Source of the DNA: Aquificaceae bacterium
Lineage (GTDB): Bacteria > Aquificota > Aquificia > Aquificales > Aquificaceae
Direction of reading: 5' to 3'
Length of the DNA: 39,417 nucleotides
NCBI GenBank assembly: GCA_039630345.1
Contig: JBCNVD010000006.1
Span: 1-39,417, forward strand
Below are positions 1 to 13,185 of the stretch, in pieces. A model generated the notes under the pieces. That model ran no database searches, was not told where the DNA came from, and saw only the letters and a program-made list of their open reading frames with translations. Position numbers and translations under genes: made by a program. Every line of letters begins with the position of its first letter. Position 1 is the first letter of the stretch.

Positions 1-2
1 TA

Positions 3-3101
<3,099 letters not shown>

Positions 3102-3110
3102 ATGATTAAT

Positions 3111-4943
3111 TTAATCCAGCCTGCCAAGATGCAAAAGAAGTGCGGTTATGGCAGCAGGGGTCACCCCGTCGATCCTGCTTGCCTGACCTATGCTAAGAGG
3201 TCTTAGCTGAGATAGCTTTTGTCTTGCTTCGGTTGATAGCCCCGGTATGGTGTTATAGTCAATGTCCTGAGGTATTTTAAAGCTTTCAAGCTTGCGAAGC
3301 CTTTCAGAGAGTTTTTGCTCTCTTTGAATATATGGTTCGTATTTTAGCTCTATTTCAAGAACTTCTCTAAGGAGCTTGCTCTTTGGAAGTTTTAGGCCCA
3401 GCTTTTCAAGCTCGTCTATTTCAAGATTTGATGTAAGTAGCTGGGTTGGGGTATATGTCTTTGGGCCACCTGAGGTGCTTACTTCTACTTTTGTAGATCT
3501 TAGGTTTTCAAGCCAGAAATTTAGCTCTTTAGAGAGCTCTTTTATAAGTTTGAATTCTTCTTCTTTTAAAAGCCCTAGATTATAAGAGAGCTCTCCAAGG
3601 CGAAAGATTGCATTATCCTGCCTTATGCTAAGGCGGTTTTCAGAGCGAGAGGTAAAGAGCCTGTAAGGTTCGGTCACCCCTTTTGTAACAAGGTCATCGA
3701 CCATGATGCCAATGTAGCTCTGGCTTCTTTGTAAAACTATCGGCTCTTTCCCGATTGCCCTTAGGGCTGCATTGATGCCTGCTAGAATCCCTTGCCCCGC
3801 TGCCTCTTCGTAGCCGGTGGTGCCGTTTATATTGCCTGCGTGAAATAGACCCCTTACTTTTTTGCTCTCAAGAGTGGGAAAGAGCTCTGTTGGCATAACC
3901 ATGTCGTACTCTATTGCGTAAGCGGGTCTTATGAGTTTTACATTCTCAAGCCCTGGTATTGTTTGATACATTTGCCACTGGAGCTCTTCAGGAAGAGAAG
4001 TCGAAAGCCCGTTTGGATAAATTTCTATGCTGCTTAAACTCTCTGGTTCTAAAAAGACCGTGTGATGGTCCTTGTCTTTGAATCTCACAACCTTGTCCTC
4101 TATGGAGGGACAGTATCTTGGGCCAACGCCTTTAATTAAACCCCCATAAAGGGCAGTTCTGTGGAGGTTTTCCTGTATTAATCTGTGAGTCTCTGGCGTT
4201 GTGTGGGTTATGTAGCAAAGCACCTGCTCTTTGCCTGGGTTAAAGTAGTATTGCCCCTCTGGCTCTGTAAAGAGTGAAAACTTTGGCGCGGGTTCATCCC
4301 CGGGCGCTTTTTCTAAAATGCTAAAGTTTATCGTTCTTGCGTCAAGTCTTGCAGGAGTGCCCGTTTTGAATCTGGAGAGCAAAAACCCGTGTCTTTTATA
4401 AAACTCATCAAGCCCGGAAGTTGGCGGCTCTCCAGCCCTCCCTGCAGGAATTACCCTATCCCCTATAAAGATTCTCCCATTTAAAAATGTCCCTGTGGCC
4501 ACTACCACAGCTTTGACCGGGTATTCTTCTCCTTTTCTGGTCTTTATTTTATAAACCTGATTATTTTTAAGCTCTATATCTATAACTTCATCCTCTATAA
4601 CGATAAGGTTTTCGTAGCTATTGCATACTTCTTTCATATAGAGCCTGTAGAGTTCCTTATCTGCCTGTGCTCGCACTGACCAGACGGCTTTACCCTTTTT
4701 TGTATTTAAGGTTTTAAACTGAATGCCGGTTTTATCTATTGCCTTTGGCATCTGACCACCAAGGGCGTCTATTTCTCTTACAACTATACCTTTTGCTATC
4801 CCGCCTATGGCGGGGTTACAGGACATTTGTCCTATGTTTTCTCTATTTATGGTGAAAATGGCGGTTTTTACGCCCATTCTGGCGCTTGCAAGAGCTGCCT
4901 CTATACCCGCATGCCCTGCCCCCACTACCGCAACCTCAAACAT
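3111..4943 (-). CDS. mnmG: tRNA uridine-5-carboxymethylaminomethyl(34) synthesis enzyme MnmG (GidA)
   Basis: [15 protein letters not shown] motif, [44 protein letters not shown]; start moved to ATG at 4943 (MFEVAVVG) to avoid overlapping tsaB. Confidence 0.96.
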   Translation of the reverse strand: MFEVAVVGAGHAGIEAALASARMGVKTAIFTINRENIGQMSCNPAIGGIAKGIVVREIDALGGQMPKAIDKTGIQFKTLNTKKGKAVWSVRAQADKELYRLYMKEVCNSYENLIVIEDEVIDIELKNNQVYKIKTRKGEEYPVKAVVVATGTFLNGRIFIGDRVIPAGRAGEPPTSGLDEFYKRHGFLLSRFKTGTPARLDARTINFSILEKAPGDEPAPKFSLFTEPEGQYYFNPGKEQVLCYITHTTPETHRLIQENLHRTALYGGLIKGVGPRYCPSIEDKVVRFKDKDHHTVFLEPESLSSIEIYPNGLSTSLPEELQWQMYQTIPGLENVKLIRPAYAIEYDMVMPTELFPTLESKKVRGLFHAGNINGTTGYEEAAGQGILAGINAALRAIGKEPIVLQRSQSYIGIMVDDLVTKGVTEPYRLFTSRSENRLSIRQDNAIFRLGELSYNLGLLKEEEFKLIKELSKELNFWLENLRSTKVEVSTSGGPKTYTPTQLLTSNLEIDELEKLGLKLPKSKLLREVLEIELKYEPYIQREQKLSERLRKLESFKIPQDIDYNTIPGLSTEARQKLSQLRPLSIGQASRIDGVTPAAITALLLHLGRLD

Positions 4944-4958
4944 AAGAAAATAATTTAA

Positions 4959-5519
4959 ATGCACATCCTTAGCCTTGATAGCTCTTTTGTTTTAAATGTC
5001 AGCGTCCTTAGAGGAGACAAGGTTATCAAACATCTCTTTCTCGACGATGGTAAAAAGACGCTCGAGAACCTGCCATCTGTTTTTGAAATTGTGGATGTAA
5101 AACCTTCTGAAGTGGACGCCTTTGCAGTATCTTTAGGCGTTGGATATTCAACCTCTTTGAGAATTGGCATAACTTTTATGAAAACTCTTGCCTACATTCT
5201 AAAAAAGCCAATAGTTGGCTATGAAAACCTGCTTGTAATGGGAAAGTTTATCAAATCTCCCGAAACAAGAGCTTTTATTTTAAAAGTTTCCCAGAGTTAC
5301 TACCACAGAGTTTTCGTGCAAAATTCCCCGGGACCCATTTCTGAAGGTTTGCCCGAGTGTTTTAGCATCAGCATCAAAGGCAACGCAAGCGCCAATTTAG
5401 AGCTTGAGTACTTTCCTTTTTCAATCTATGGGGGAATTTATGCCTTTGAAAAACTCCTCGAGGGAGGTGATTTTTCGCCTATGAATTTGGAACCAATTTA
5501 TATGCGCCCTGCGCTTTAG
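4959..5519 (+). CDS. tsaB: tRNA threonylcarbamoyladenosine biosynthesis protein TsaB (short, divergent)
   Basis: ILSLDSS N-terminus; [15 protein letters not shown] resembles the TsaB GPGSFTGLRIG motif; [12 protein letters not shown]-terminal EPIYMR. Confidence 0.82.
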   Translation: MHILSLDSSFVLNVSVLRGDKVIKHLFLDDGKKTLENLPSVFEIVDVKPSEVDAFAVSLGVGYSTSLRIGITFMKTLAYILKKPIVGYENLLVMGKFIKSPETRAFILKVSQSYYHRVFVQNSPGPISEGLPECFSISIKGNASANLELEYFPFSIYGGIYAFEKLLEGGDFSPMNLEPIYMRPAL

Positions 5520-6466
5520 CAAAGATCTTTGTAAGGGGCGGTGCTTAAGTACCTGTCTCCTGCATCTGGCAATATCACTACTATCACCCCCTCTTTGATG
5601 CTTTTGGCGACCTCTATAGCGCCAAGGAGCGCAGCCCCGCACGACTGACCTGCCAGTATTCCCTCTCTTTGCGCCAGGGCTTTTGTCATCTCGTAAGATG
5701 GCTCGGTCTCTACAAATATAGTTCTATCTACCTGAGTTTCGTCGTATATCCCTGGCTTTATAGAGCTCTCCATGTGCTTTAGACCCTCTATGCCGTGAAA
5801 AGGATAAGCTGGCTGAACTGCAATCGCCTCAATTGATGGCTTTAAAACCCTTAACCTCCTTGAAGTGCCCATAAGGGTTCCGCCCGTTCCAACACCTGCC
5901 ACCAGATGAGTCACCCTGCCTGCAGTTTGATGCCATATCTCAACGCCTGTTGAGTAAAAATGTGCCCGCCAGTTGGCGGGGTTGTTATACTGATCTAAAT
6001 ACACAAACCTGTCTGGAAACTCTTTTACTAAATTTCTGACAAATAAAATCGCCCCGTCTGTTCCCTCCATGGGGTCTGTCAGGTAAACCTTTGCGCCAAA
6101 GGCGCTGATTATTCGCTTTCTCTCTTCGCTTACATTCGCAGGCATAGCCAGCTCTACCTTTATTCCAAGGGCGCTTCCTACCATCGCAAGGGCTATGCCG
6201 GTATTTCCAGAAGTTGCATCTATTACGGTTTTGCCCTCTTTTATAAGCCCTTTTTTGATTGCGTCCAGAAACATACTAAGAGCGGGTCTGTCTTTTACCG
6301 AGCCACCCGGGTTAAAGCCCTCTAATTTGGCATAAATTTCCACGCTCTTTGGTATATCCTCTGGCAAACATCTTGATAGTTTCACAAGCGGGGTATTACC
6401 CACAAGCCCAAGCACAGAGTTTCTTAGTTTTCTATAATCTTCGTCGTGCTCTCCAAGGACCCACAT
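5516..6466 (-). CDS. cysM: PLP-dependent cysteine synthase (CysM/CysK family)
   Basis: VGNTPLV, KLEGFNPGGSVKDR (PLP lysine), ATSGNTG, GVGTGGT, PDAGDRYLS. Confidence 0.87.
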   Translation of the reverse strand: MWVLGEHDEDYRKLRNSVLGLVGNTPLVKLSRCLPEDIPKSVEIYAKLEGFNPGGSVKDRPALSMFLDAIKKGLIKEGKTVIDATSGNTGIALAMVGSALGIKVELAMPANVSEERKRIISAFGAKVYLTDPMEGTDGAILFVRNLVKEFPDRFVYLDQYNNPANWRAHFYSTGVEIWHQTAGRVTHLVAGVGTGGTLMGTSRRLRVLKPSIEAIAVQPAYPFHGIEGLKHMESSIKPGIYDETQVDRTIFVETEPSYEMTKALAQREGILAGQSCGAALLGAIEVAKSIKEGVIVVILPDAGDRYLSTAPYKDLC

Positions 6467-7471
6467 CTATAGCCTTAAAACTAGCTTACCAAGAGCTCTT
6501 GACTCTTCAAGAATCAAATGGGCTTTAGTAATGTCGCCAAGGTCAAAAACCCCACCTATGACTGGCTTTAGCTTACCCTCCATATAAAATCTAAAGAGCT
6601 CGAAAACACTCCAGGATGGACCCATGTAAAGCCCCATTAAGGAGATGTTTCTTGAGAATACTTCTCTTATATTTAGCTCGAAGCTGTTTCCCGCAGTGGT
6701 TCCGAAAAATACCAGCTTCCCGCCGCTTTTCAAACACTTTATGCTTTTCCCGAAAGTTTGACCCCCTACGCTATCGACAACTAAATCAAAGCCCCCCAGT
6801 TTCAGGGCTATCTCTTCAGGGCTTTGTCTATAGTGGTTAAAAACCTCGGAAGCTCCTAAGCTTTTGCATAGCTCCAGCTTTTCCTCGCTTCCTGCGCTTG
6901 CAACGACATATGCGCCTGCGATTTTTGCAAGCTGGATTAAAAAACTACCAACCCCGGAAGCCCCCGCCCATATAAGAACGCTCTGACCTCTCTCTAGGCC
7001 CCCCTTTAAAAAAAGAGCGCTATAGGCGGTAATGCCCGCAAGAGCAATGCAGGAAGCCTCCTCAAAACCCATCCCATCTGGAATTTGAATTAGATTCCTC
7101 TCTGGCAAACTGATATACTGTGCGCTTACTCCATTTTCTTTAAACCCAAGGAGTCTATATTCACTGCAAAGATGGTCTTTGCCCTCTCTACAATGTCTGC
7201 AAACTCCGCAGGAAAGCCCGGGCAAAACAAGCACCCTTTTGTTTTTTAACCTTCCAGAAAGAGCAACACCACTTGCATCAGAGCATACTAAAAGAGGCAA
7301 ATTGGGTTTATAGCTTAAAATTCCTTTCCTTACCCATATGTCAAGTCTGTTTAGCCCTATGGCTTTAACCTCAACCAGAGTCTCTCCCTCTTTTGGCTCT
7401 GGCTCTTTTAGCTCTTTATGGTATTTCAGGCAATTTACATCGCCAAAGCACTCTAGCAAAACACCTCTCAT
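6467..7471 (-). CDS. Zinc-binding medium-chain dehydrogenase/reductase (quinone oxidoreductase-like)
   Basis: GroES-like N-terminus; structural Zn motif CGVCRHCREGKDHLC; AGASGVG Rossmann motif; C-terminal GKLVL. Confidence 0.88.
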   Translation of the reverse strand: MRGVLLECFGDVNCLKYHKELKEPEPKEGETLVEVKAIGLNRLDIWVRKGILSYKPNLPLLVCSDASGVALSGRLKNKRVLVLPGLSCGVCRHCREGKDHLCSEYRLLGFKENGVSAQYISLPERNLIQIPDGMGFEEASCIALAGITAYSALFLKGGLERGQSVLIWAGASGVGSFLIQLAKIAGAYVVASAGSEEKLELCKSLGASEVFNHYRQSPEEIALKLGGFDLVVDSVGGQTFGKSIKCLKSGGKLVFFGTTAGNSFELNIREVFSRNISLMGLYMGPSWSVFELFRFYMEGKLKPVIGGVFDLGDITKAHLILEESRALGKLVLRL

Positions 7472-7857
7472 TAAAGGCTCTCTATAAGCTCTTTTACAAG
7501 AGTCTTTATCTGCTCTCTTATTTCTCTAAAAAGATTTATATCTCCCCCCACGGGGTCAGGTATCTCCCAGTGAATAGACCTTGCCCCTTTAACATCAGGG
7601 CAAAGACCTGAGCAAACGGTTACTACAAGGTCTAAATCCTTTGGCAAACTCTCGATCCCCTTTGGATAGTGAGAGCTTATATCAATTCCCTCCTCTTTCA
7701 TAACCTCAATTGCAAGAGGATGCACCCTCTGCCCGGGGTTTGAGCCTGCTGAGTAAATTTCTATATCAGGTCTTTTCAAACTGGCAAAGTGCCTTGCGTA
7801 TCCTTCTGCCATCTGGCTCCTTGCCATATTTGCAGAGCATATAAAGGCTATTTTCAT
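7471..7857 (-). CDS. arsC: Arsenate reductase / low-molecular-weight phosphatase family
   Basis: P-loop CSANMARSQMAEG, SAGS, VMKEEGIDIS, HWEIPDP. Confidence 0.82.
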   Translation of the reverse strand: MKIAFICSANMARSQMAEGYARHFASLKRPDIEIYSAGSNPGQRVHPLAIEVMKEEGIDISSHYPKGIESLPKDLDLVVTVCSGLCPDVKGARSIHWEIPDPVGGDINLFREIREQIKTLVKELIESL

Positions 7858-7864
7858 ACTTTCA

Positions 7865-9427
7865 TTATAGAAAATCCTGCTGGCAGGTTTCTCCCTTTGC
7901 CCCCTTTTTGCAAGAGAGCCTCAAAAGAGCTCTATTTATAGCATCAGTAAAGGCAAATAAACTGGCTCTTATTATATCAACATCCACGCCTCTTCCGCTT
8001 GCATAAGCGCCATTTAGCTCTATGCTAACTCTTGCCTCCGCCTGAGCGTCAGTGTTTGGCGTAAGCGCTTTTATGGAAAAGTCCAAAAGCTCAACCTCAA
8101 TGCCGCAAGCCTTTTGCAAAGCTATAACTACCGCGTCAACAGGACCGTTGCCAGTAGCTGTTGCGGTCTTTTGTTGCCCCTGAAAATCAACCACCACAGT
8201 GGCGCTTGGCAACAGCCTTTCACCTGTTTGAACCTGAAAGTGCAAAACCTTTACCTGCTCAACCTTTTCAGGTCTGAAGACCTCTTCGTATAAAAGAGCT
8301 TCGAGGTCTTCTTCGTAAACCTGTTTTTTCCTATCAGCAAGGAGCTTAAACTTCTCAAAAAGTCTCTCCAGCTCTTCAGAACTTACTTTTACCCCCATAG
8401 ACTCTAGCTTGCTCTTTAGAGCGTGTCTTCCTGAGTGCTTACCAAGGACTATTCTAGTGTCCGGAAATCCCACCTCTTTTGGCGAGATAATTTCATAAGT
8501 TAGAGGATTTGACAAAACCCCGTGCTGATGAATGCCAGATTCGTGCGCAAAGGCATTATCGCCGACCACTGCTTTGTTTGGAGGTATAGAGCTTCCTGTG
8601 ATTCTGCATAGCAGCCTGCTTGTTTTATATAGCTCCTGGGTGTTTATATTGGTGCTTAAGTTTCCAAAGTAGTCTTTGCGAACCCTCAGAGCCATTACGA
8701 TTTCCTCGAGCGATGCGTTTCCTGCCCTTTCGCCAATGCCGTTTATGGTGCATTCAACCTGCCTTGCGCCCGCTTTTATTGCGGATAGAGAGTTTGCAAC
8801 AGCCATCCCAAGGTCATCATGGCAATGGACGCTTATTATTGCCTTATCTATGTTTGGAACAGAATTGATAATATCCCTTATAAGCTCTTGAATTTCAAAA
8901 GGCGTGGTGTATCCTACGGTGTCTGGTATATTTATAACGCTTGCCCCTGCCTTTATGGCTTCTTCTATGACCCTGAACATAAACTCTCTTTCGCTTCTGG
9001 TTGCATCCTCGCAAGAAAATTCAACCTCAGGCGCTAAATTTCTTGCTAGCTTCACAGCCTCTTTGGCTCTTTCGAGAACCTCCTGAGGCGACATTCTGAG
9101 CTTGTATTTCATATGAATTTCAGAAGTTGCAATGAAAGTGTGAATTCGCCAATACTCTGCAGCCTTTAAAGCCTCAGCGGCTATTTCTATATCAGAGCTT
9201 ATCGCCCTTGCAAGAGAGCAGATCTTTACCCCCTTTACCTCCTTTGCAATTAGCTTTACAGCCTCAAAATCACCTTTTGAAGCTGCTGCAAAACCTGCCT
9301 CTATTACATCAACCCCGAGCCTTGCGAGCTGATGCGCCATCTGGAGCTTTTCCTGAGCGGTCATTGAAAACCCGGGCGCTTGCTCGCCGTCTCTTAATGT
9401 AGTGTCAAAGATATAAACCCTGCTCAT
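7865..9427 (-). CDS. leuA: 2-isopropylmalate synthase
   Basis: DTTLRDGEQAPG, HCHDDLG, NGIGERAGNA, HESGIHQHG, GKHSGR; C-terminal regulatory domain GNGPVDA. Confidence 0.95.
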   Translation of the reverse strand: MSRVYIFDTTLRDGEQAPGFSMTAQEKLQMAHQLARLGVDVIEAGFAAASKGDFEAVKLIAKEVKGVKICSLARAISSDIEIAAEALKAAEYWRIHTFIATSEIHMKYKLRMSPQEVLERAKEAVKLARNLAPEVEFSCEDATRSEREFMFRVIEEAIKAGASVINIPDTVGYTTPFEIQELIRDIINSVPNIDKAIISVHCHDDLGMAVANSLSAIKAGARQVECTINGIGERAGNASLEEIVMALRVRKDYFGNLSTNINTQELYKTSRLLCRITGSSIPPNKAVVGDNAFAHESGIHQHGVLSNPLTYEIISPKEVGFPDTRIVLGKHSGRHALKSKLESMGVKVSSEELERLFEKFKLLADRKKQVYEEDLEALLYEEVFRPEKVEQVKVLHFQVQTGERLLPSATVVVDFQGQQKTATATGNGPVDAVVIALQKACGIEVELLDFSIKALTPNTDAQAEARVSIELNGAYASGRGVDVDIIRASLFAFTDAINRALLRLSCKKGAKGETCQQDFL

Positions 9428-9448
9428 TTAAATGAAAATAATTCTCAC

Positions 9449-10555
9449 TCATTTGCTTGTCAATGCGCTCTTGATTGCCCCAAATCCACCAACTGATGAT
9501 AAAAAAATACAAAACACCAAAACCGCCTTCGGCGAAAATTCGTATAACCCCCCCTGAATGGCTCCCCCAAAAAGAGCCCCAAGACCCATAGCCCCCTCAA
9601 GAGCCCCAAAGTGCCTTCCCCCACCTTCTTTCGTGGCTATTAAGACTTTAGAGACACTCTCTAAAGCCCCAAGAGAGAGCCCCCAGAGGATGACCCCTAT
9701 GGCATCAATGTATTGACTTCCCAAAAGCCCAAAAGGCGTAGCCACTATAAGAGCGCAAAGCCCCAAAACGCCATAAAATAAAGAGCGCGAAAGAATCTCA
9801 CCAAATATCAAAGAGCCAATGCCCGCAAAAGCCATCCCAAGAGCATAGAAGATAGCGACCTCACCTGCGGAAAGACCTCCTCTAATGAGGTCAATTCCCA
9901 CTATTCCAAAGGATAAAACCCCTGCTTGCAAAAAGCCAAAGCCCCAAACCCCTGACCATAGCCCTTCTTTAGAGCTCTCCCTTTTAAAACTATCTTTATA
10001 AACTCTTAGAGCAAAAAACAGAACAAAAAGCGACAAAATCGCAGGAATAGAAAGAGAGGCAAATACTTCTTTATAGGAAAAACCCAAACTAAAAGCAACG
10101 TATACAAAAAAAGGCCCCAAAAGCGCCCCAATCTGGTCAAAAAATCCGTAAATGCCAAAGCCTCTAGCGTAGCCGATGGATTTGCTTATGTCTTTAATCA
10201 CTATGTCTCTTGCAGGAGAGCGCATGGCCTTGCCGAGCCTCTCTATCCAGAATAGAAAAGAGACCGCAAAGATATTTTGAAAAACCCCCAAAAGCCCAAC
10301 GCTTAAATTTAAAAAATACCCTGCAAAAAGTAGCCTCTTTGGACTTATCCCCCTCTCTATCATCACCCCAAAGGAGTATCTGCTTAAATAACTAAGAGCT
10401 TCCCCAAAGCCTGTTACTGTGCCTATTAAAAAGGCGCTTGCGCCGATGCTTTGAAGATAGGGCGCAAGGATTGACCTTGCGCCTTCGTATGTAAAATCCG
10501 CAAGAAGACTTACTATTCCAAAAAGCCTTATTAGCCTGAGATTTTGACTATGCAA
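9449..10555 (-). CDS. MFS transporter
   Basis: Many hydrophobic segments; SLLADFTYEG and ERLGKAMRSPARD motifs typical of an MFS subfamily. Confidence 0.85.
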   Translation of the reverse strand: MHSQNLRLIRLFGIVSLLADFTYEGARSILAPYLQSIGASAFLIGTVTGFGEALSYLSRYSFGVMIERGISPKRLLFAGYFLNLSVGLLGVFQNIFAVSFLFWIERLGKAMRSPARDIVIKDISKSIGYARGFGIYGFFDQIGALLGPFFVYVAFSLGFSYKEVFASLSIPAILSLFVLFFALRVYKDSFKRESSKEGLWSGVWGFGFLQAGVLSFGIVGIDLIRGGLSAGEVAIFYALGMAFAGIGSLIFGEILSRSLFYGVLGLCALIVATPFGLLGSQYIDAIGVILWGLSLGALESVSKVLIATKEGGGRHFGALEGAMGLGALFGGAIQGGLYEFSPKAVLVFCIFLSSVGGFGAIKSALTSK

Positions 10556-11213
10556 GATGCTTTTTGAAAAATTCTATCACCTTCTTCCAGACCTCTTTTG
10601 CCATGCTTTCTTTGTAAACCTCCGGCCTTGAATCGTTAAAGAATGCATGATTTACCCCGCAGTAGATTTCAAACCTTGCGTCTATTGAGTTTTCGTTGCA
10701 TTTGATGATGGCTTTTGTTACATCCTCAAGGCTTACAAATTCGTCCATACCCGCATGGATTGCATAAACCGGCGCAACTATCTTTGCAAAGTCAATTTCT
10801 ACGATGTTATAAAGCCCATAAAAAGGCACAAGAGCGCTAACATCAGCGCCAAGTTTTGCCCCCGCAAGCCAGGTGCAGGTTCCGCCACAGCAAAATCCTG
10901 TTATCCCTACTTTGCTATTCGTCTCTCGCTTTAGGAAATTGGCAGCTTCTCTTATTGCTTCCATCGATTCTGCAAGGCGAGTATTAAAGAGCTCTTGCAT
11001 AAGGCTGGAGGCAGTTTGCGCGTCAGATGCGGTTTTTCCCCCATAGAGGTCTATTCCAAAGGCTGTAAAGCCTTCCTGGGAAAATCTGTCGCAAACTGAC
11101 TTTATATGCTCTACCAGTCCCCACCACTCGTGGATAACTATAACTGCCCCTATGCTCTCTTTTGGCTTTGCAAGATAACCGCTTATGTTGCCAACATTTA
11201 TCATCTCGCCCAT
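10548..11213 (-). CDS. Dienelactone hydrolase family protein
   Basis: IHEWWGL, nucleophile motif GFCCGG, HAFFND catalytic His; SD AAGGAGGG upstream. Confidence 0.9.
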   Translation of the reverse strand: MGEMINVGNISGYLAKPKESIGAVIVIHEWWGLVEHIKSVCDRFSQEGFTAFGIDLYGGKTASDAQTASSLMQELFNTRLAESMEAIREAANFLKRETNSKVGITGFCCGGTCTWLAGAKLGADVSALVPFYGLYNIVEIDFAKIVAPVYAIHAGMDEFVSLEDVTKAIIKCNENSIDARFEIYCGVNHAFFNDSRPEVYKESMAKEVWKKVIEFFKKHLA

Positions 11214-11229
11214 GGACTTTCCCTCCTTT

Positions 11230-11247
11230 GGTGTAAAATTCTACACC
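11230..11247. promoter_or_regulatory. Palindromic bidirectional promoter element between the dienelactone hydrolase gene and rpsT
   Basis: GGTGTAAAATTCTACACC inverted repeat containing TAAAAT (+, 11234-11239) and TAGAAT (-, 11238-11243). Confidence 0.55.
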
Positions 11248-11259
11248 GGAGGTGATTTA

Positions 11260-11544
11260 ATGGCAAATACCCGCCAATCTATCAAAAGAGCAAGAAGAGA
11301 CCAAAGGAGAAAGGTTCGCAACCGCCAGCATCTATCAAGGATGAAAACTTATATAAGAAACTTTCGCAAGCTAGTCCTTGAGGGAAAGCTTGAAGATGCT
11401 GATAAATACCTCCCGCAGGTAGTTAGCGTCATTCAACACACCGCTTCAAAAGGTGTCATTCACAAAAACGAAGCCTCAAGAAGGGTCTCTCGCATATATA
11501 AGCTTTTTAACTCCAGAAAAAACAACTCTCTCTCTCAAAATTAG
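11260..11544 (+). CDS. rpsT: 30S ribosomal protein S20
   Basis: MANTRQSIKRAR...SKGVIHKNEASRRVSR; SD GGAGGTG before ATG at 11260. Confidence 0.95.
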   Translation: MANTRQSIKRARRDQRRKVRNRQHLSRMKTYIRNFRKLVLEGKLEDADKYLPQVVSVIQHTASKGVIHKNEASRRVSRIYKLFNSRKNNSLSQN

Positions 11545-12945
11545 CAAGCTCAAAAAGTAAATCCCTGCAAGCAAAGGAACTTCAAAAGCCAGGCTTTTGC
11601 CCTCTGGCTTTATAAGCAGAATAAAGACGCTCATAACTGAGCTTGAAATAAGAGCCTTGATAAACCCCCCATAGAGGAGTTTTAAGCTAATTAATCTATA
11701 AGCGCCAAAGGCAATAGAGGCCAAAAATCCAACCAAAGACGACACAAAATTTCCAAGAGCGAGCCCATAAATGCCCATACCAAAGTAAAAAGCAAACAAA
11801 AACCCGGCAAAAGCTTCTGAAAAGACGCTTAAAATAGACACAGTCAGCGCAGTCTTTAATCTACCTTTGGCAAAGTAAAGACTTGCAATAACTTTCTGGA
11901 TAGAGAAAAAGATAAGCCCAAGAGAGTATATCTGAAGCACCTTACCTGCAATGTATGCATCTTCTGATGTAAAGTTCCCTCTTAAGAAAAGTAGCTCTAT
12001 GATTTCGAAAGATAGCAAAAATAGCCCGAAAGTTGCAGGAAGAGATATAAGCACAACCAGTCTTATACCAAGGTTCAGGTTTTCTTTTTGCATCCTCTCT
12101 TCTGACAGCATCGAGAGCAAAACCGTTGCAACCCCGGCAGAGACCATCCCGAGTGGCAATTGAAATATCCTGTTTGCATAATAAAGATAAGAAATTGCAC
12201 CTTCTTTTAAAAAAGAAGCCATAAAAGTATCCACAAAAATGGATATTTGCGAAACCCCAAAGCCAAGAAGGGCAGGAGTTAGGTTTTTAAAAACAGTTTT
12301 TAAATCTTTGTCTATGTAAGTATTTAGGTATATCTCTTTTCTTGCGCTAAATAGCTGAAAAAGAGCCTGAAAAAGCCCCCCAAGGAAAACCCCTATTGCA
12401 AGGGCATCTATTCCAAGGTCTTTTGCACCAAAAGTGATGACAAGGGCAAAAATCAGGTTAAAAACCCCCTGGGCGCTTGCAGGGACAAAAAACTTCCCCT
12501 TTGAGTTTAAAACCGCCCCCGCTATTGAGCCAACTGTTAGAAAAAAAACATAACTAAAACAAAAGCGCGTTAGATATGTTGCAATCTCAAGCCCTTCAGA
12601 GCCCTTGCCGGGCGCAATTGTTTTGACAATCACATTAGCAAAAATCGCCCCAAGGGCGCTAAGGATCAAGCTCAAAAGCCCAAGATAAAAAAGCACCGAG
12701 CTTGCAAAAGCTCTCTCATTGCCTGATTCTTTTCGCCTTACCAAAATAGGCACTATTACGGCATTGAGCCCGCCTTCCCCGAGGATTCTTCTTAATGTGT
12801 TTGGAATTCTAAAAGCCACAAAGAAAGCATCGCTTATATAAGAAGCCCCAAAGTGGTAAGCAATGGCAAGGTCTCTTAAATATCCAAGAGCTCTTGATAT
12901 GCCTACTGCGAGGGAAAACGACAGAGACTTTCTAATAAGACCCAA
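11476..12945 (-). CDS. murJ: Lipid II flippase MurJ (MviN)
   Basis: SRALGYLRD, DAFFVAFRIPNTLRRILGEGG, YANRIFQLPLG; polytopic membrane protein; TTG start. Confidence 0.93.
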   Translation of the reverse strand: MGLIRKSLSFSLAVGISRALGYLRDLAIAYHFGASYISDAFFVAFRIPNTLRRILGEGGLNAVIVPILVRRKESGNERAFASSVLFYLGLLSLILSALGAIFANVIVKTIAPGKGSEGLEIATYLTRFCFSYVFFLTVGSIAGAVLNSKGKFFVPASAQGVFNLIFALVITFGAKDLGIDALAIGVFLGGLFQALFQLFSARKEIYLNTYIDKDLKTVFKNLTPALLGFGVSQISIFVDTFMASFLKEGAISYLYYANRIFQLPLGMVSAGVATVLLSMLSEERMQKENLNLGIRLVVLISLPATFGLFLLSFEIIELLFLRGNFTSEDAYIAGKVLQIYSLGLIFFSIQKVIASLYFAKGRLKTALTVSILSVFSEAFAGFLFAFYFGMGIYGLALGNFVSSLVGFLASIAFGAYRLISLKLLYGGFIKALISSSVMSVFILLIKPEGKSLAFEVPLLAGIYFLSLLILRERVVFSGVKKLIYARDPS

Positions 12946-12948
12946 CTT

Positions 12949-13185
12949 TTAACCTATAGAGATGTCTTTTGCTTCACCAAGGACTTTTATATCTACGATT
13001 TTAGAAAAGCTATCTATAAGCTCCATCGCTTTATCAAATGTGTCCGGCGTTGATATTACATATACCATATTCTGAGAGTTTTCTGGAGTTCTTATGATTG
13101 CATATCTTCCAGCCCCGTCAAAGAGTGCGTTTAGGAGTCCTATCTGACGCTTTTGAACCTCAAGAAGTATAACCTTTGCTCTCAT
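12949..13185 (-). CDS. Small hypothetical protein (DUF4911-like)
   Basis: 78-aa ORF filling the gap between dnaX and murJ; IGLLNALFDG..AIIRT pattern resembles DUF4911 (from memory). Confidence 0.6.
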   Translation of the reverse strand: MRAKVILLEVQKRQIGLLNALFDGAGRYAIIRTPENSQNMVYVISTPDTFDKAMELIDSFSKIVDIKVLGEAKDISIG

